Shown one piece after another: positions 14,370 to 27,140 of a stretch of DNA of 64,000 bases; the first letter of the stretch is position 1; every line of letters begins with the position of its first letter. The notes under the pieces were generated by a model. That model saw only the letters and a list, made by a program, of their open reading frames with translations. It made no database searches and was not told the DNA's origin. Source of the DNA: Octopus sinensis (Eukaryota); the NCBI RefSeq assembly GCF_006345805.1, contig NC_042998.1, positions 42,408,001-42,472,000 of the forward strand. Direction: 5' to 3'. The translations under genes and the position numbers were made by a program.

Positions 14370-14587
14370 TTAAACCTTTAGCATTCAGATTACTCTGTAA
14401 AATTAAATACTTATTTATTCACATTGTTTTGAATTAATCCTGTATTATCTCATAGCTTTGAGATTTCGATGATGTAATTGTATATTTTTAGAGGGTAGGT
14501 GTGAGAGCCCAGATCTGGCCTCTTTGAACTTAAAACAGGTAAAACATTTTGGTTTGTATATGGCTAATGTACATGCTAAAGGGTTAA
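14370..14587 (-). mobile_element. piggyBac-type MITE family B
   Basis: Reverse copy with TTAA ends. Confidence 0.75.
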
Positions 14588-15387
14588 AATCCTCAAATTT
14601 GGGTAAGAGAAAACGTTTTTATGGCCTTTGAGAAATCAGGAAGTTGATGCAATTATATAAAAAAAAAAATATTTAGGAATTATTATAATAGGAGGATGAC
14701 AATAATTTGAAAGCTATTTTGAAAGAGATTCACAAAAAGCCTGTTTGCTTTATTTTTCATTTGATTAATTGATTAAAAGATTCAATCAAAAATAGTGGGC
14801 AGGTAATGGATAGTTGTTGCTGCTGTTTACCTTCAGATCAACTCTGATGAAGATATTCTTGCTATAACCCATCCCATCTTTTTTTATTATTCATTCCTTA
14901 TTTAGCTATTTTGATAGCAACCCAAACTCTACTTATTTGATACAAAACAGCATGTTCGACCATATTCATGGTAAAATTCTTCCATCATAATTATTCTTAA
15001 GAATCTTTTACATTTCAAGCTACAATAATGCAAAAAATTGTTTAGTTTATTTTGCTAATCACCCACTTATTCTTGATTAATTTCAGAATTAATTAAAGTA
15101 CTTTGGCTCTATATTTCATTAGAAAAGTAAACACAAAAGAATGAACAGGTGTAATTTATGAAAGATTTGGTTGATACTTCTTGCAGGTCAGACAACCCCA
15201 TATGGGGTCCTTCATATATATGTGTTTACACACCCACACACACGAACACACACATGCACACACACACATGCACACACACACACATGCACACACACATACA
15301 CACACAAGGGCTAAAATAATCATATTATTTAAGGTGTGTATGTGTATGTGTGTGCGTGAGAGAGAGAGAGAGAGAGAGTGAAAAAGT

Positions 15388-15421
<34 letters not shown>

Positions 15422-15439
15422 AAGCGATAGAGGAATCAG

Positions 15440-15780
15440 ACGTGTGCAAGAAAGAAAACTGCTGGTATGGGCACATGATGTGTATGGATGAGGACAGCTG
15501 TATAAAGAAGTGCCAATTGCTAAATTTGGCTAGAACTTGTAGAAAAGGGTTACTCAGAAAGACATGGAATCAAGTGGTTAAAGCTGGCCTCAGAATCCTG
15601 AGCCCAATGGAGGAGATGACAAGGGATCGGGATCTCTGATAATATGAGGTTCTCAAAAAGAGTTGTCAAAATAGACATTTGAGCATGATGCAGTCCTTGG
15701 ACACATCGAATCCTTCAAACTATGTCAGCATGAAACATGGATGTCAAATGATGATGATGATGATGATGATGATGGTGGTG
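15440..15780 (+). mobile_element. RTE LINE 3' fragment (ORF2 C-terminus + (GAT)n tail)
   Basis: VQERKLLWYGHMMCMDEDSCIKKC...RKTWNQVV...MTRDRDL resembles the RTE WFGHV.RM...GRPRKTW end. Confidence 0.75.
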
Positions 15781-16030
15781 GTGAGGTCTAGATCGATGGT
15801 AGTAGGAGACCATGTATTTGAACCAAAGAAGTTCTTCTCCATAGTACAAGCCCAGAAACATGAGTGTTAAAGAGAAAGGAAAATAAAATTTGATACACCT
15901 TGGCACCAATACCATCAGTGTCAGAGTGGAAAAAGCTGGAATAGATATCACAAGTCATCTTCTCCAATGTACAAACAATCCCACCAATAAATAAAGTACC
16001 ATCTTGGATTGGTACTTTATTTACAGACCC

Positions 16031-16238
16031 TTAACCCTATAGCATTTAAACTAGCCATATCCAGCCCAAATATTCTACCTGTTTCATGTTCAATCCAGTC
16101 AGATCCAACCTCTCATACCTACCCTACAATGTCATTCTAAAAGTAAATAATCTCATCATTGAAAGTTACGAGATAATGTATGTTTAATTCAAAACAATGT
16201 GAATAAATAACCATTACTTTTGAATGCTAAAAGTTTAA
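16031..16238 (+). mobile_element. piggyBac-type MITE family B nested in a SINE
   Basis: TTAA duplication; the flanks rejoin into a minus-strand SINE related to 56425-56650. Confidence 0.75.
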
Positions 16239-16659
16239 AGGATAAAGGCAAAGTTAACTTTAGCAGATTTGAATTCAGACTACAGAGAGCTAATAAGAAT
16301 GTTTCAAAGCATTCTTTCTTATACTCTAATACCTTTGCCAATTCATAATATATAAAAGTATGTCAAGGCCATAATGTTGCTCTTTATTTTTTTAATCATT
16401 TGATTCAATGGAAGGCAGTCATATTTGGGCACTGCCTAGTCAATCAAATCACCCCACCTCATTTTAAGCCTGTTACTTATTCTACCATCCACTTATTGCT
16501 GTACTACTAAGTTACTGGGCTATAAACAAACCAGCACCATTTGTCAAGTGGCGAGACACAAACACAATGATGTACAATAACACATACACTCTCATATGCA
16601 CACTGTCCAACTCTCACATGCAAACTGTCCAACCCATCTTCTTCTTTATGCCTTTAACC

Positions 16660-16890
16660 CTCCAACGCGGAATATAGGCCACTTATAGTTGAATTCCATG
16701 TCGCATAATTTTTGGCTTCTGTACTTATACTCTGCCATGAATGTCCCCCTTTCTATAGTTCCTTTTGTGTTGATCTCCGCCACGAGTTCTTAGGCCTATC
16801 TCTCCCTCTATATCCATCCGGCTTCCACAGTAAACAACCCATGCCAGCATGGAAAACAGACATTAAGTTATGATGAAGATGATGATGATG
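16660..16890 (-). mobile_element. RTE-like 3' fragment
   Basis: WKPDGYRGRDRPKNSWRR motif, joined to a (CAT)n tail segment. Confidence 0.55.
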
Positions 16891-17367
16891 ATATATGCAA
16901 TGGACTTCTGTGCATGTTTTGTTTATCAAATTCACTCTTGAGATATTAGTTGGTCTGTAGCTGAAGTATAAAATCTCACCCAAGGGACTACACAAAAAGA
17001 CTGAACCTCAAACCATGTGGTTGCAAAGAATACTTCTTAACCATACAACCATGCTGGTCCATATCCTCAAGCTAGCTTGTTAGCACAATTACATTCATAA
17101 TAGTTTTCTGTTAAAACATTTTATTTCTTCAGTTTAATTACTATTCAGTATCCATATTTTACTGACAATATTTTGTTTTTCTACCCTCATTCTTTTATTC
17201 TTGTACTAATTATAACCCACTATCATTATGTACCACTTAACCTTCCTTGCACAGGTGCCACCCACACACCGAACATCTTATTCCAATTTTCACTGCAGAC
17301 AGAGACCTGGAAAACATCTTTCTATGGAAACATGACAATCTGCTTTACTTTCAACAGTACAAGTTAA

Positions 17368-17610
17368 AGCATGTTGACAAGTAGTTAGAAGCTTGCACTC
17401 CCAAATGCAAGGTCATGGTTTCGATTCCTGGACTGGGCAATGTGTTGTGTTCTTGAGAAAAACCCTACATTTCACATTGTGCCAGTTCTCTTGGTTGTAG
17501 ATGAGTACCAGTAACCCTGTGACTGCCTAGCATCCCATTCAGGGGAATTGCTGTGATCTCAGTTACTTCTTCACCATGGAAACTGGACAACCAGCCCTAT
17601 GAGTCTTAGT
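17368..17610 (+). mobile_element. tRNA/CORE-type SINE, degenerate
   Basis: B box gtttcgattcc, then gtgttgtgttcttgagaaaaac as in family 2, with a different 3' part. Confidence 0.6.
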
Positions 17611-17691
17611 ATTCAGGACAATACTTACTATTTTTCTTTCAAATAGCACAAAAACAAGTTGTTACAATCAAAGAAACAGTATATATATATA

Positions 17692-17740
<49 letters not shown>

Positions 17741-17835
17741 TAATCCAAACAAGAAAGCACAAAAAACACAACAACGCGAGGACGTGGAACAAATATAGTA
17801 TTATTGGACACTCAGGAAAGAAGGAAAGAAGGAGG

Positions 17836-17870
17836 GTTTAACGTTTCGAGCAGAGCTCTTTGTCGGAAAC
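17836..17870 (-). ncRNA. Degenerate minimal hammerhead-like motif in a Penelope pLTR remnant
   Basis: Minus strand gttt-CCGACAA-a gagc tct gctc-GAAA-cg-TT-aaac, with a palindromic AACGTT stem III. Confidence 0.45.
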
Positions 17871-17964
17871 ATAGGAGAAGGAAAGATCCAGAGAAGGGAA
17901 GACAGAGGAAAAAAAATCGCCAACGGTACACACGAGGTATATATATATATTTATATATATATAT

Positions 17965-18358
17965 GTAATTCTTTTATTTGTTTCAGTCATTTGACTGAGG
18001 CCTGATGGAGCACCACCTTTAGTCAAACAAATCAACCTCAATTCAAATTCTTCTTTGTCAGCCTAATACTTATTCTATCGGTTTCTTTTGCCGAACCACT
18101 AAGTTACAGGGATGTAAACACACCAACATCGGTTGTCAAGCAATGGTGGAGGACAAACACAGACATAAAAACATGTACATATAAATATATATATGACGGG
18201 CTTCTTTCGGTTTCTGTCTACCAAATCCATTCACAAGGCTTTGATTGGCCTGAGGCTATAGTAGAAGACTCTTGCCCAAGGTGCTACGCAGTAGGACTGA
18301 ACTTGGAATCATGTGGTTAGTAAGAAAACTACTTATAACACAGCCACTCCTGTGCCTA
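17965..18358 (-). mobile_element. SINE family 1
   Basis: Homologous to other copies. Confidence 0.85.
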
Positions 18359-18840
18359 TATATGAGGAGACCCCTTTGGTCATGAATGACCATGGGATTG
18401 CACCTAGAAAGTTACCCTCCAAGACACATGTCCTGGCAAGGTTGTTTTGTGGAAGGCCAGCAATCACCCATACCAGCCCCCCCTCTCTACGCCACTGATG
18501 TTATCCAAGGGAAAGGCAAAAGCCAATACAGCTTGGCACTAGTGATGTCACAACTCATTTCTACAGCTGAGTTAACATATAAAAGAAGTGTTTATAATTG
18601 TAAGTAAATCACAATTATAATGGAGAAGGTTGCAAAAACCCTTATATGCTTTGAAATAGCAGTCCAAACTGCTATAAAGCCACTATAACCACTCATATTA
18701 TATCTCTTTATAATAAAGCTGTATATATATTTCAACAAGCTCACTGATTAATCACAACACTAGTACCTGTCCTAGCACTGATTTTCTATATATCGCTGGT
18801 GGGGTTCTGAGTCAGTGCTATCTCTAGTGGGCAAGCACCC

Positions 18841-18883
18841 ATCATTGATGAGACCAAGGAAGGTCGAAATCACATGATCTGGT
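18841..18883 (+). ncRNA. Hammerhead-like motif with C3U change
   Basis: atca-TTGATGA-gacc aaggaa ggtc-GAAA-tca ca tga-TC-tggt. Confidence 0.55.
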
Positions 18884-19698
18884 TGTCTTAGCACTGGAGA
18901 TGGTGGGGATTTATCTCCCTGCCAGTGATATAAACAAGTGTGCATTTTGCACCACAAGCTTATATAAAGTTTCTCTCATGTTATCTACTGCAGTATAGTT
19001 TGTTCTAATAGAACATCCATGTTTAAGCGGGGATGAATATTACCTCTCAGCATTAATATTGCCTCTTTTGTTAATATATATCTAATAAACAGTGTTGCTA
19101 CACTTCATGGACAACCCAATTAAACTCCTCAAAGTACTTATTAATGCAAAGCCAATAATTTCTGACTTTGTAAAAGTTTGATTGGCAATGTTCTCAAATC
19201 CCAAGAGAAGTTTAAAAATCCAATTCATTTGCATGTATTTCCATTGTAAGCACATTACTCTATTACTAATAATTTACAACTGCTGACCACCACACCACCA
19301 CCACCACCACCACCACCACCATGTTTTAACATCCACTTTTCCATACTTGCATGGATTGGAAGGAATCTGTTGAAGCAGGTTCTCTTTGGCTGGATGGCAT
19401 TTCTGTTGCCAACCCACACTTATTTCAGAGTAAGGTAATATTTGCCCATGGTAAAACTAGTTTTTGTGGAAAACTGGAAATGAAGGACATTGCTTACACA
19501 ACAATAATCTTGCCTGATAGTAAAATTCATTTACAACTATCTTATGATATCAAAACGAGATGACGGTAACCCCCACCCTCCACACACTCATTAAACATGT
19601 GAGAAGTTTTCTCAGGATGAATACTTCAGTTTTATGGGTTTCATTCATATATCCACATTAAGTAAGATATACAGAATAATATACATATATATCTTTTT

Positions 19699-20068
19699 GG
19701 AAGCACTCCGTTGGTTACGACGAGGGTTCCGGTTGATCCGATCAACGGAACAGCCTGCTCGTAAAATTAATGTGTAAGTGGCTGAGCACTCCACAGACAC
19801 GTGTACCCTTACTGTAGTTCTCGGGGATATTCAGCGTGACACAGAGAGTGACAAGGCCGGCCCTTTGAAATACAGGTACAACAGAAACAGGAAGTAAGAG
19901 TGAGAGAAAGTTGTGGTGAAAGAGTACAGCAGGGATCACCACCGGAGCCTCGTGGAGCTTTAGGTGTTTTCGCTCAATAAACACTCACAACACCCGGTCT
20001 GGGAATCGAAACCGCGATCCTACGACCGCGAGTCCGCTGCCCTAACCACTGGGCCATTGCGCCTTCAC
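19699..20068 (-). mobile_element. SINE family 3 (tRNA head), CpG-rich
   Basis: A box tggcccagtgg and B box gtttcgattccc; a partial copy lies at about 63170-63340. Confidence 0.85.
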
Positions 20069-20447
20069 TCATATATATCAATATTCATATATAAACACAC
20101 ACACACACACAATCAATGTATGACCTTACTTATTAAACAAAGTCCAACAAATTCATTCATAGTTATGAAATGAAGGAGATGGGATGTTAAAATGGATTTT
20201 AGTTTTTATTTTCATATTCCTATACAATTGTTTCTTACAAATGGACCAAGATATTCATATGTATATAAAATACAAAATGGGACAAGAACGCAAAACATCC
20301 ATAAAGTTAGGTGATACAAAAAAGAGACAACAAAACACACATTTAAATCCAAATAAACAATCAATTCAAATAAATGAATGATAAAATTAACAGACAAGAG
20401 GACATGCACAAGGAATGTATTAGCTTGATGTTCAGTAAAAAGAGAGT

Positions 20448-20482
20448 TTTTGATGTTTCGAGCATAGCTCTTCACCAGGAAC
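20448..20482 (-). ncRNA. Degenerate hammerhead-like motif, same family as 17836-17870
   Basis: Minus strand gttc-CTGGTGA-a gagc tat gctc-GAAA-ca-TC-aaaa. Confidence 0.35.
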
Positions 20483-20914
20483 AAGAGAGGGAAAAGTCCA
20501 AAGAAGGAAAAGAATATATATATATATAAATACACATATACATATGAACACATGCTCAAGGTGTTACGACACAGTGGGTCTGAACTCTGAACCCTGTAGT
20601 TGGAGAGCAAGCTTCTTTTCACACAGAGACTACAATTTTTGAGTATGGTTTACACAAATTAATAAGAAAATTTTGACAAGCTGGGTTTCTCATATGTAAA
20701 ATCTTCACTGGTGGTCTACAACTTGAAACTTGTTCATTGACTTATGAATGGTCTCATAAACGGTTACTTTATCTACATGGATTATTTAATTTCTTTGATG
20801 CTTTCAACATAACCTATAATTCTTCGTATTTTGTACATTCTTATATTACTATGACTATTATACAATATGTACAAATAGTTAAAAAAAGAGACTTCTGAAA
20901 TACATATGTGTATG

Positions 20915-20953
<39 letters not shown>

Positions 20954-21228
20954 TACATATATGTATATATCTTACATATATGTATATATTCAGTAACAAT
21001 GTACAAATTCAAGTTTATGAATTATATACATACACACACACACACACATATATATGTATATGCATAAATATATACATACACACACATGTGTGCATGCACA
21101 CACACACATACATGCATACACACACACACATATACATGTTATATGTACACATTTATATATTAGATATACTATATCTTTTTTTATAGATTATATATATATC
21201 ATCTATATGTATATATATATTCTCTCTC

Positions 21229-21567
21229 TTTCTCTTTTGCTCTTTTACTTGTTTCAGTCATTTGACTGCAACAATGCTAGAGCACCGCCTTTAGTCGAGC
21301 AAATCGACCCCAGGACTTATTCTTTGGAAGCCCAGTACTTTTTCTATCAGTCTCTTTTGCCGAACCGCTAAGTTACGAGGACATGAACACACCACAATCT
21401 GTTGTCAAGCGATGTTGGGGGACAAACACAGACACACAAACATATACACCCATACATATATATACATATATACAACGGGCTTCTTTCAGTTTCCATCTAC
21501 CAAATCCACTCACAAGGCTTTGGTTGGCCTGAGGCTATAGTAGAAGACACTTGCCCAAGATGCCACA
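21229..21567 (-). mobile_element. SINE family 1, 5'-truncated
   Basis: Homologous to other copies; flanked by a long direct repeat. Confidence 0.85.
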
Positions 21568-21813
21568 TATGTATATGCATATATATATATACATACACAC
21601 ACACACATACATGCATACACACACACATATACATGTTATACGTACACATTTATATATTATATATATTATATATTATATATATTATATTTTTTATAGATTA
21701 TATAGATTATATATATATATTTATATGTATATATTTATATAAATATGTATACAAGTGTGTGTATATATATGTATATATGTATATATATATGTATATGTAT
21801 GTATATGTATATG

Positions 21814-21853
<40 letters not shown>

Positions 21854-22597
21854 TACATACACATATATATACACATATATATACATATCTATATATATGT
21901 ATATGTTTATGTATGTATATTTATATATATATATATGTATTCACACACACGCACACATACACACATATATATTTGTGTGTATATATGTATATGAATATAA
22001 GTGTGTATTTGTATTTGAGTTTGTATCCTACTCCAACACCATTTGACAACCAGTGATAGTTCAGTTACATCTCTATAACAGTAGTTCAGTAAAAATAACC
22101 AAGAGAATGAGTACCAGAGGTTAAAAATAATAATGTTTGACTAAAATTTTCAAGATGCTGCCCCAGCATGTCTGCAGTCCAATGATTGAAACAAATAAAA
22201 AAAGAAAAAAGGAAAGTCAACTATACTACTTAAGAATTTGTTTTATCTTAGAATAACATCCCCTGGGTTTATTTGGTCTGACATGTACAACTAAGTTTAC
22301 AGTTGTATCAATTTCAGAGAAACACCCTGGAAAGTTTATAAAACAAAAAAATTACATGTCTAACAGCATGGTATAATAATTATTTTAACTTATTTCAAAC
22401 AGTTGTTTTCTTTGAGTATGGTTAAGTATGAGTGCATTGAAAAATCCCCCAAATGATAAGATAACACTCTTTCAGAGAATTGAAGAATTAAATGTCCAAA
22501 TTAGAGTATAGACTTTCATGCATAATTTACATAATTCTTTTGCTGAAATGGTTTGTTTTCTATAAAAATCTGGTACTCCATTGCTTATGATGATGAG

Positions 22598-22890
22598 TGT
22601 TCCAGTTGATCCAAATCAATGGAACAGCTTGCTGGTGAAACTAATATGTAAGAGGTTGAGCACTCCACAGACACATGTACCCTTAATACAGTTCTCAGGG
22701 AGATTCAGCGTGACACAGAGTGTGATAAGGCTGGCCCTTTTGAAATACAGGTACAGCTCATTTTTGCCAGCTGAGTGGACTGGAGTGATGTGTTATTAAA
22801 TGTCTTGCTCAGGAACACAATTCATCACTGGTAATTGAACTCATGACCTAATGATCATGAGGCAAATACCCTAACCACTAAGCCATGTAC
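22598..22890 (-). mobile_element. Hybrid SINE: family-2-like head/CORE with the family-3 3' module
   Basis: 22600-22755 matches 19725-19880, and 22755-22890 matches 62465-62606. Confidence 0.7.
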
Positions 22891-22903
22891 CTTTACACAT
22901 ATA

Positions 22904-22940
<37 letters not shown>

Positions 22941-23169
22941 GCACACACACATATATGAACATACACACACACTCACATACATGCACACACACACACATAT
23001 ATATATTTGAGTGAGTGGACAAATGAAAAAAGGGCACTTAACCAATTTATTGGGAGTTAGATGTAAATTCATTGGTACTCTTGAGTTTCAAGCGTTATGC
23101 TAATTATCATTCCATATACAATGACATAAACACAGAAGCAAAGGAGCTTGCCACCCACTTTAATGTAGA

Positions 23170-24420
23170 GGATTACATGGATTGGCTTGCCATGCAACTC
23201 CCCACCCTATATTACACTTAAGGACCATAAGCCTAACTTCCACTCCAATCCCAAATGAAGGTTGATCAACCCCTTTCAAAATGAGATAGGAATCATTAGC
23301 AAATGTATTCTTGATACTATCAACTATCAGAAGAGCTACAGGGATGACTCAATGGAACTCCAGCACAGCCATGGTCAACTGGTTCTGCAGTATTGAGAAT
23401 AAATCAGCCTGTAGATTCACCCAATTTGACATTGTCAACTTCTAACCTTCCATTTCTAAGCCCAACCTTCTGAAAGCCTTAACTTTTGCTGAGCAATACA
23501 CCAGCATTAGTGACCTTGACTTCAGAATTAACATGAATGCCAGAAAGTCAATTCTGGCCCATGACGATTCCTTCTGGGTGAAAAAAGAAGGGAACCCATT
23601 GTTTGATGTCTCTATGGGGAGCTTTGACAGAGCTGAAATCGCTGACGTCATTGAGTTATACATCTTGGATACCCTCAAGGGATGTACCTACCCACACAGG
23701 TTGGTCCTGGTGGTCTGACTATCTCAAGCAATATGAATGGTTCAAACACCCTCTCCTCACCCAAAAATGATTAGGAGCAGGAAAGTTATATGGTATAACC
23801 CTGCTTTTAACCTAGAAGTTTCCACCAACTTAGCTAGGGGCTCCCAGCCGTTAATTAAGAAACACTTCTTCAGAGGCCATATGTATTACAAACTCTTTAA
23901 CCTCCATAATGTCAAGGTGATCTACTACCGCTTAGACAACATCACATCTAATATCGCATGCATCAACAGACGTAAAAATGCCCCCACACCTCTCCAACCA
24001 CAACCTGCAACCGCCAAAACCCCACCATATACCCTATAGAAGGATCTCGTATTTCAAGGGCCGAAGTATACAGAGCCACCCTTACACGGTGGCATTACTA
24101 GGCACTATATAAGTATGACAGGTAATGACTTCAAGGGAAGATAGTCCCTGCATATGCACTTGTTCAGATCCAGGGACAAAGATAACTCTACTTCCCTGTC
24201 TTGTTTTCTCAGGAGATTGTGACCTCAAGGATGAAATACCCAGCATCAAGTGGACTATTGTCAACAGAGTGTCACCATATTCACCAAATACCCCAACTGT
24301 CAGCTATGCCTCTGTGAAAAACTGCATATCCTCCAACAACCTGCAGTATCCATCAACAAGAAATATGATTTATTGTATTGCTGTCACTAGAGATATGCCT
24401 TTCTGGCAAATTTCAGGCCC
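23170..24420 (+). mobile_element. Penelope-like element remnant (RT and linker)
   Basis: FTQFDIVNF*PSIS, LFDVSMGSFDRAEIADVIELYIL and RSRKVIWYNPAFNLEVSTNL are typical Penelope-like RT motifs, with stops and frameshifts. Confidence 0.85.
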
Positions 24421-25519
24421 CTGACTGCTGACAACCCAGATATACCACATTAACACCAGCTGCAACTCTGCACTACCTGCACAAGGTCACCACTACCAAC
24501 CAACCCCATGAGCAGGACTGCCACTTACCAATCCCCAAAGCATAGTAATCCCCAATGCTTACCAATCCCTAACACTTATTTTGTGCATGTATACTTGCAC
24601 ACATGCATGTGAAAATGCACATGTGCATGTGTATGTATGCACACATGTGCATACGCATGTGTGCACACACACTGATATTCATGCACACACACATGCAAAT
24701 GTACATATGAATGAATACGCATGTGTGTGTATTCATGTATGTGTGCACATGTGTGTTTATGTGTGTGTATGTGTATGTGTGCATATTCACCCAAGTGTAT
24801 GTGAGAGTGTGTGTGTGTGTGCAGACATGCACATGTGCACCCATGTACATATGTGCACACTCGCATCAATATACACATGCATGCAAAACTATGAGTGCAT
24901 TTGCGCACCGACATATAGAACTATATACTTGCACATACAGCCCTTTCCTTCTCCCTACCAACAACCTGACTGGTTTCTAATTGCCATGTGCTCTACTTCC
25001 TGTCCTCCACGTGGTCAGTTTCCTGTTTGCCATGTGGTATTTTCCAGCTAACTGTTACCCATATACCAACAACAAGCGATGACACCGTGTGACCTTCCTT
25101 GACCAATCGCAGCCTACCTTATGGTAATAACAATCAACTTCTGTTACTGAAAATTCAAAATGAAAGCTGATTCGATGACTACCTATCCAAGCCATCACTG
25201 GAACTATAAAAATCTGTAAAACTTTCCAGAAGCTTATCATTTAAGTATATATGAGCATGTCTAGATATGCAACTATATGCATGAGAATACATACACAAAA
25301 TAAAACATACAAATCTGCATGCATACATACATACATGGTGGCTGCCCCCTCGTTATCGAGTATGGCCATTGCACAAAGCTTAATCAATGTTGTTATCAAT
25401 GCCTGTGCAAGAAGATTTTTTTTTAAAGTGAGGAAAGGCTGTGCACTGAGTCAATGCCACTCACTAAGCAACAGCAGCCTTAATCCGAAAAGAAGAACAA
25501 GTCAACATCATCGGTAATC

Positions 25520-25880
25520 ACTGAGCCGCAGGTTTTATGTCGGAGTTATCCCATTTACCTGAGTTACCTTCTCCTAGAAGGATGCCCTAACAAATGCTAG
25601 GAGTCCTTCACTCCTAATGGTTTAACCGTGCGATCGGGTATTCAGTCCGATTATTTCTATGTCCCACGCATGATACAGCCTTAAGACATTTATTGGATGG
25701 CTGTTGACTCTCAAGACTTCCTTTGCCCTTTGACGGGTTTTGTTTTTCATCCTGCAGGGTGTCCAATAAACACCCTCCTCACCAAGCAAGCTTGGTGGGG
25801 TTGCCGGTTTAGTCGCCGACAACCCGACCATGCAACAGGTTGTACTGGGTTACATGTTACCAGTAGCATTCGAAAGTGAC
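25520..25880 (-). mobile_element. Probable RTE-like 5' UTR fragment
   Basis: GC-richer island containing the motif gggcatccttctaggagaaggtaactc, which resembles RTE 5' UTRs from memory; several hairpins. Confidence 0.45.
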
Positions 25881-26729
25881 CTGACATAAACATAAATACA
25901 TACATACATGCATACATATATACATATACAAACATACATACGTGCGTACAATTACTGCACCTGTAATTATTAGGGTATTAGGATATGTAACACAGTGCTT
26001 AAATACCAATCTTGAGAAATTAGGCTTCTGAAAACCAGAAAGGAGAGCTAATTCGAAGACTACAGATCCAAGCCATCACTGGAACTTTAAAAATCTATAA
26101 AACTTTCCTGAAGTTTATCATTTAAATATCTATGAGCATGTCTAGATAGGCAACTATATGTATGAGAAGACATTCATAAAACATACAAATGTGTATGTAT
26201 AGATAGATAGATGGTTAGATACAGGCATGCAAAAATATCCTGTTGATGGTGAAATTCCAATGAAAGAGCCTTAGATCTAGGTTAGAAACCGGTTCTTTGT
26301 CTATTGGCAAGAAATCTTGAAATAAAACTGAATACTGACATACATACACATACATGCCTAAATTTGTACATATGTTTGTGCATACATGTTTGTGTATGTG
26401 TGTGTATACAAATGAATACGTGCTTACATAGAAAGAAAAGAGCAGAGAGAGAGGACTGAATATATTTCAAAGATATAATTGAGATTACAAAACTGAAAAC
26501 AGAAAAATTGCTTCATGAGCCACAAAAGTGAAATCACTTGGAAAGAGTGCAATAATTGATTCATTCAAGTATAAAACAGCTTATGATTTATTTTCTATTA
26601 AGATGTCTGAACAATTGGGTTTCATTTTCTCAACTTTACTACTGCTAATAACTTTCTTTCTTTTTTGGTTTCAGTTTTTTTTTTTGATAATATATTCCAA
26701 AACCTCTTTGTTTTGAAGATATGCATACA

Positions 26730-27140
26730 TAGGCGGAGGAGTGGGTGTGTGGTAAGTAGCTTGCTTACCAGCCACATGGTTCTGGGTTCAGTCCCACTGC
26801 GTGGCATCTTGGGCAAGTGTCTTCTACTATAGCCTCGGGCTGACCAAAGCCTTGTGAGTGGATTTGGTAGACGGAAACTGAAAAAAGCCCATCGTATATA
26901 TGTATATATATATATGTGTGTGTGTGCATGTTTGTGTGTCTGTGTTTGTCCCCCTAGCATTGCTTGACAACCGATGCTGGTGTATTTACGTCGCCGTCAC
27001 TTAGCAGTTCAGCAAAAGAGACTGATAGAATAAGTACTGGGCTTACAAAGAATAAGTCCTGGGGTCAATTTGCTTGACTAAAGGCAGTGCTCCAAAATGG
27101 CTGCAGTCAAATAACTGAAACAAGTAAAAGAGTAAAAGAG
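26730..27140 (+). mobile_element. SINE family 1, full length
   Basis: Head aggcggaggagtgggtgtgtggtaag...gggttcagtccc, with body and tail intact. Confidence 0.9.
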
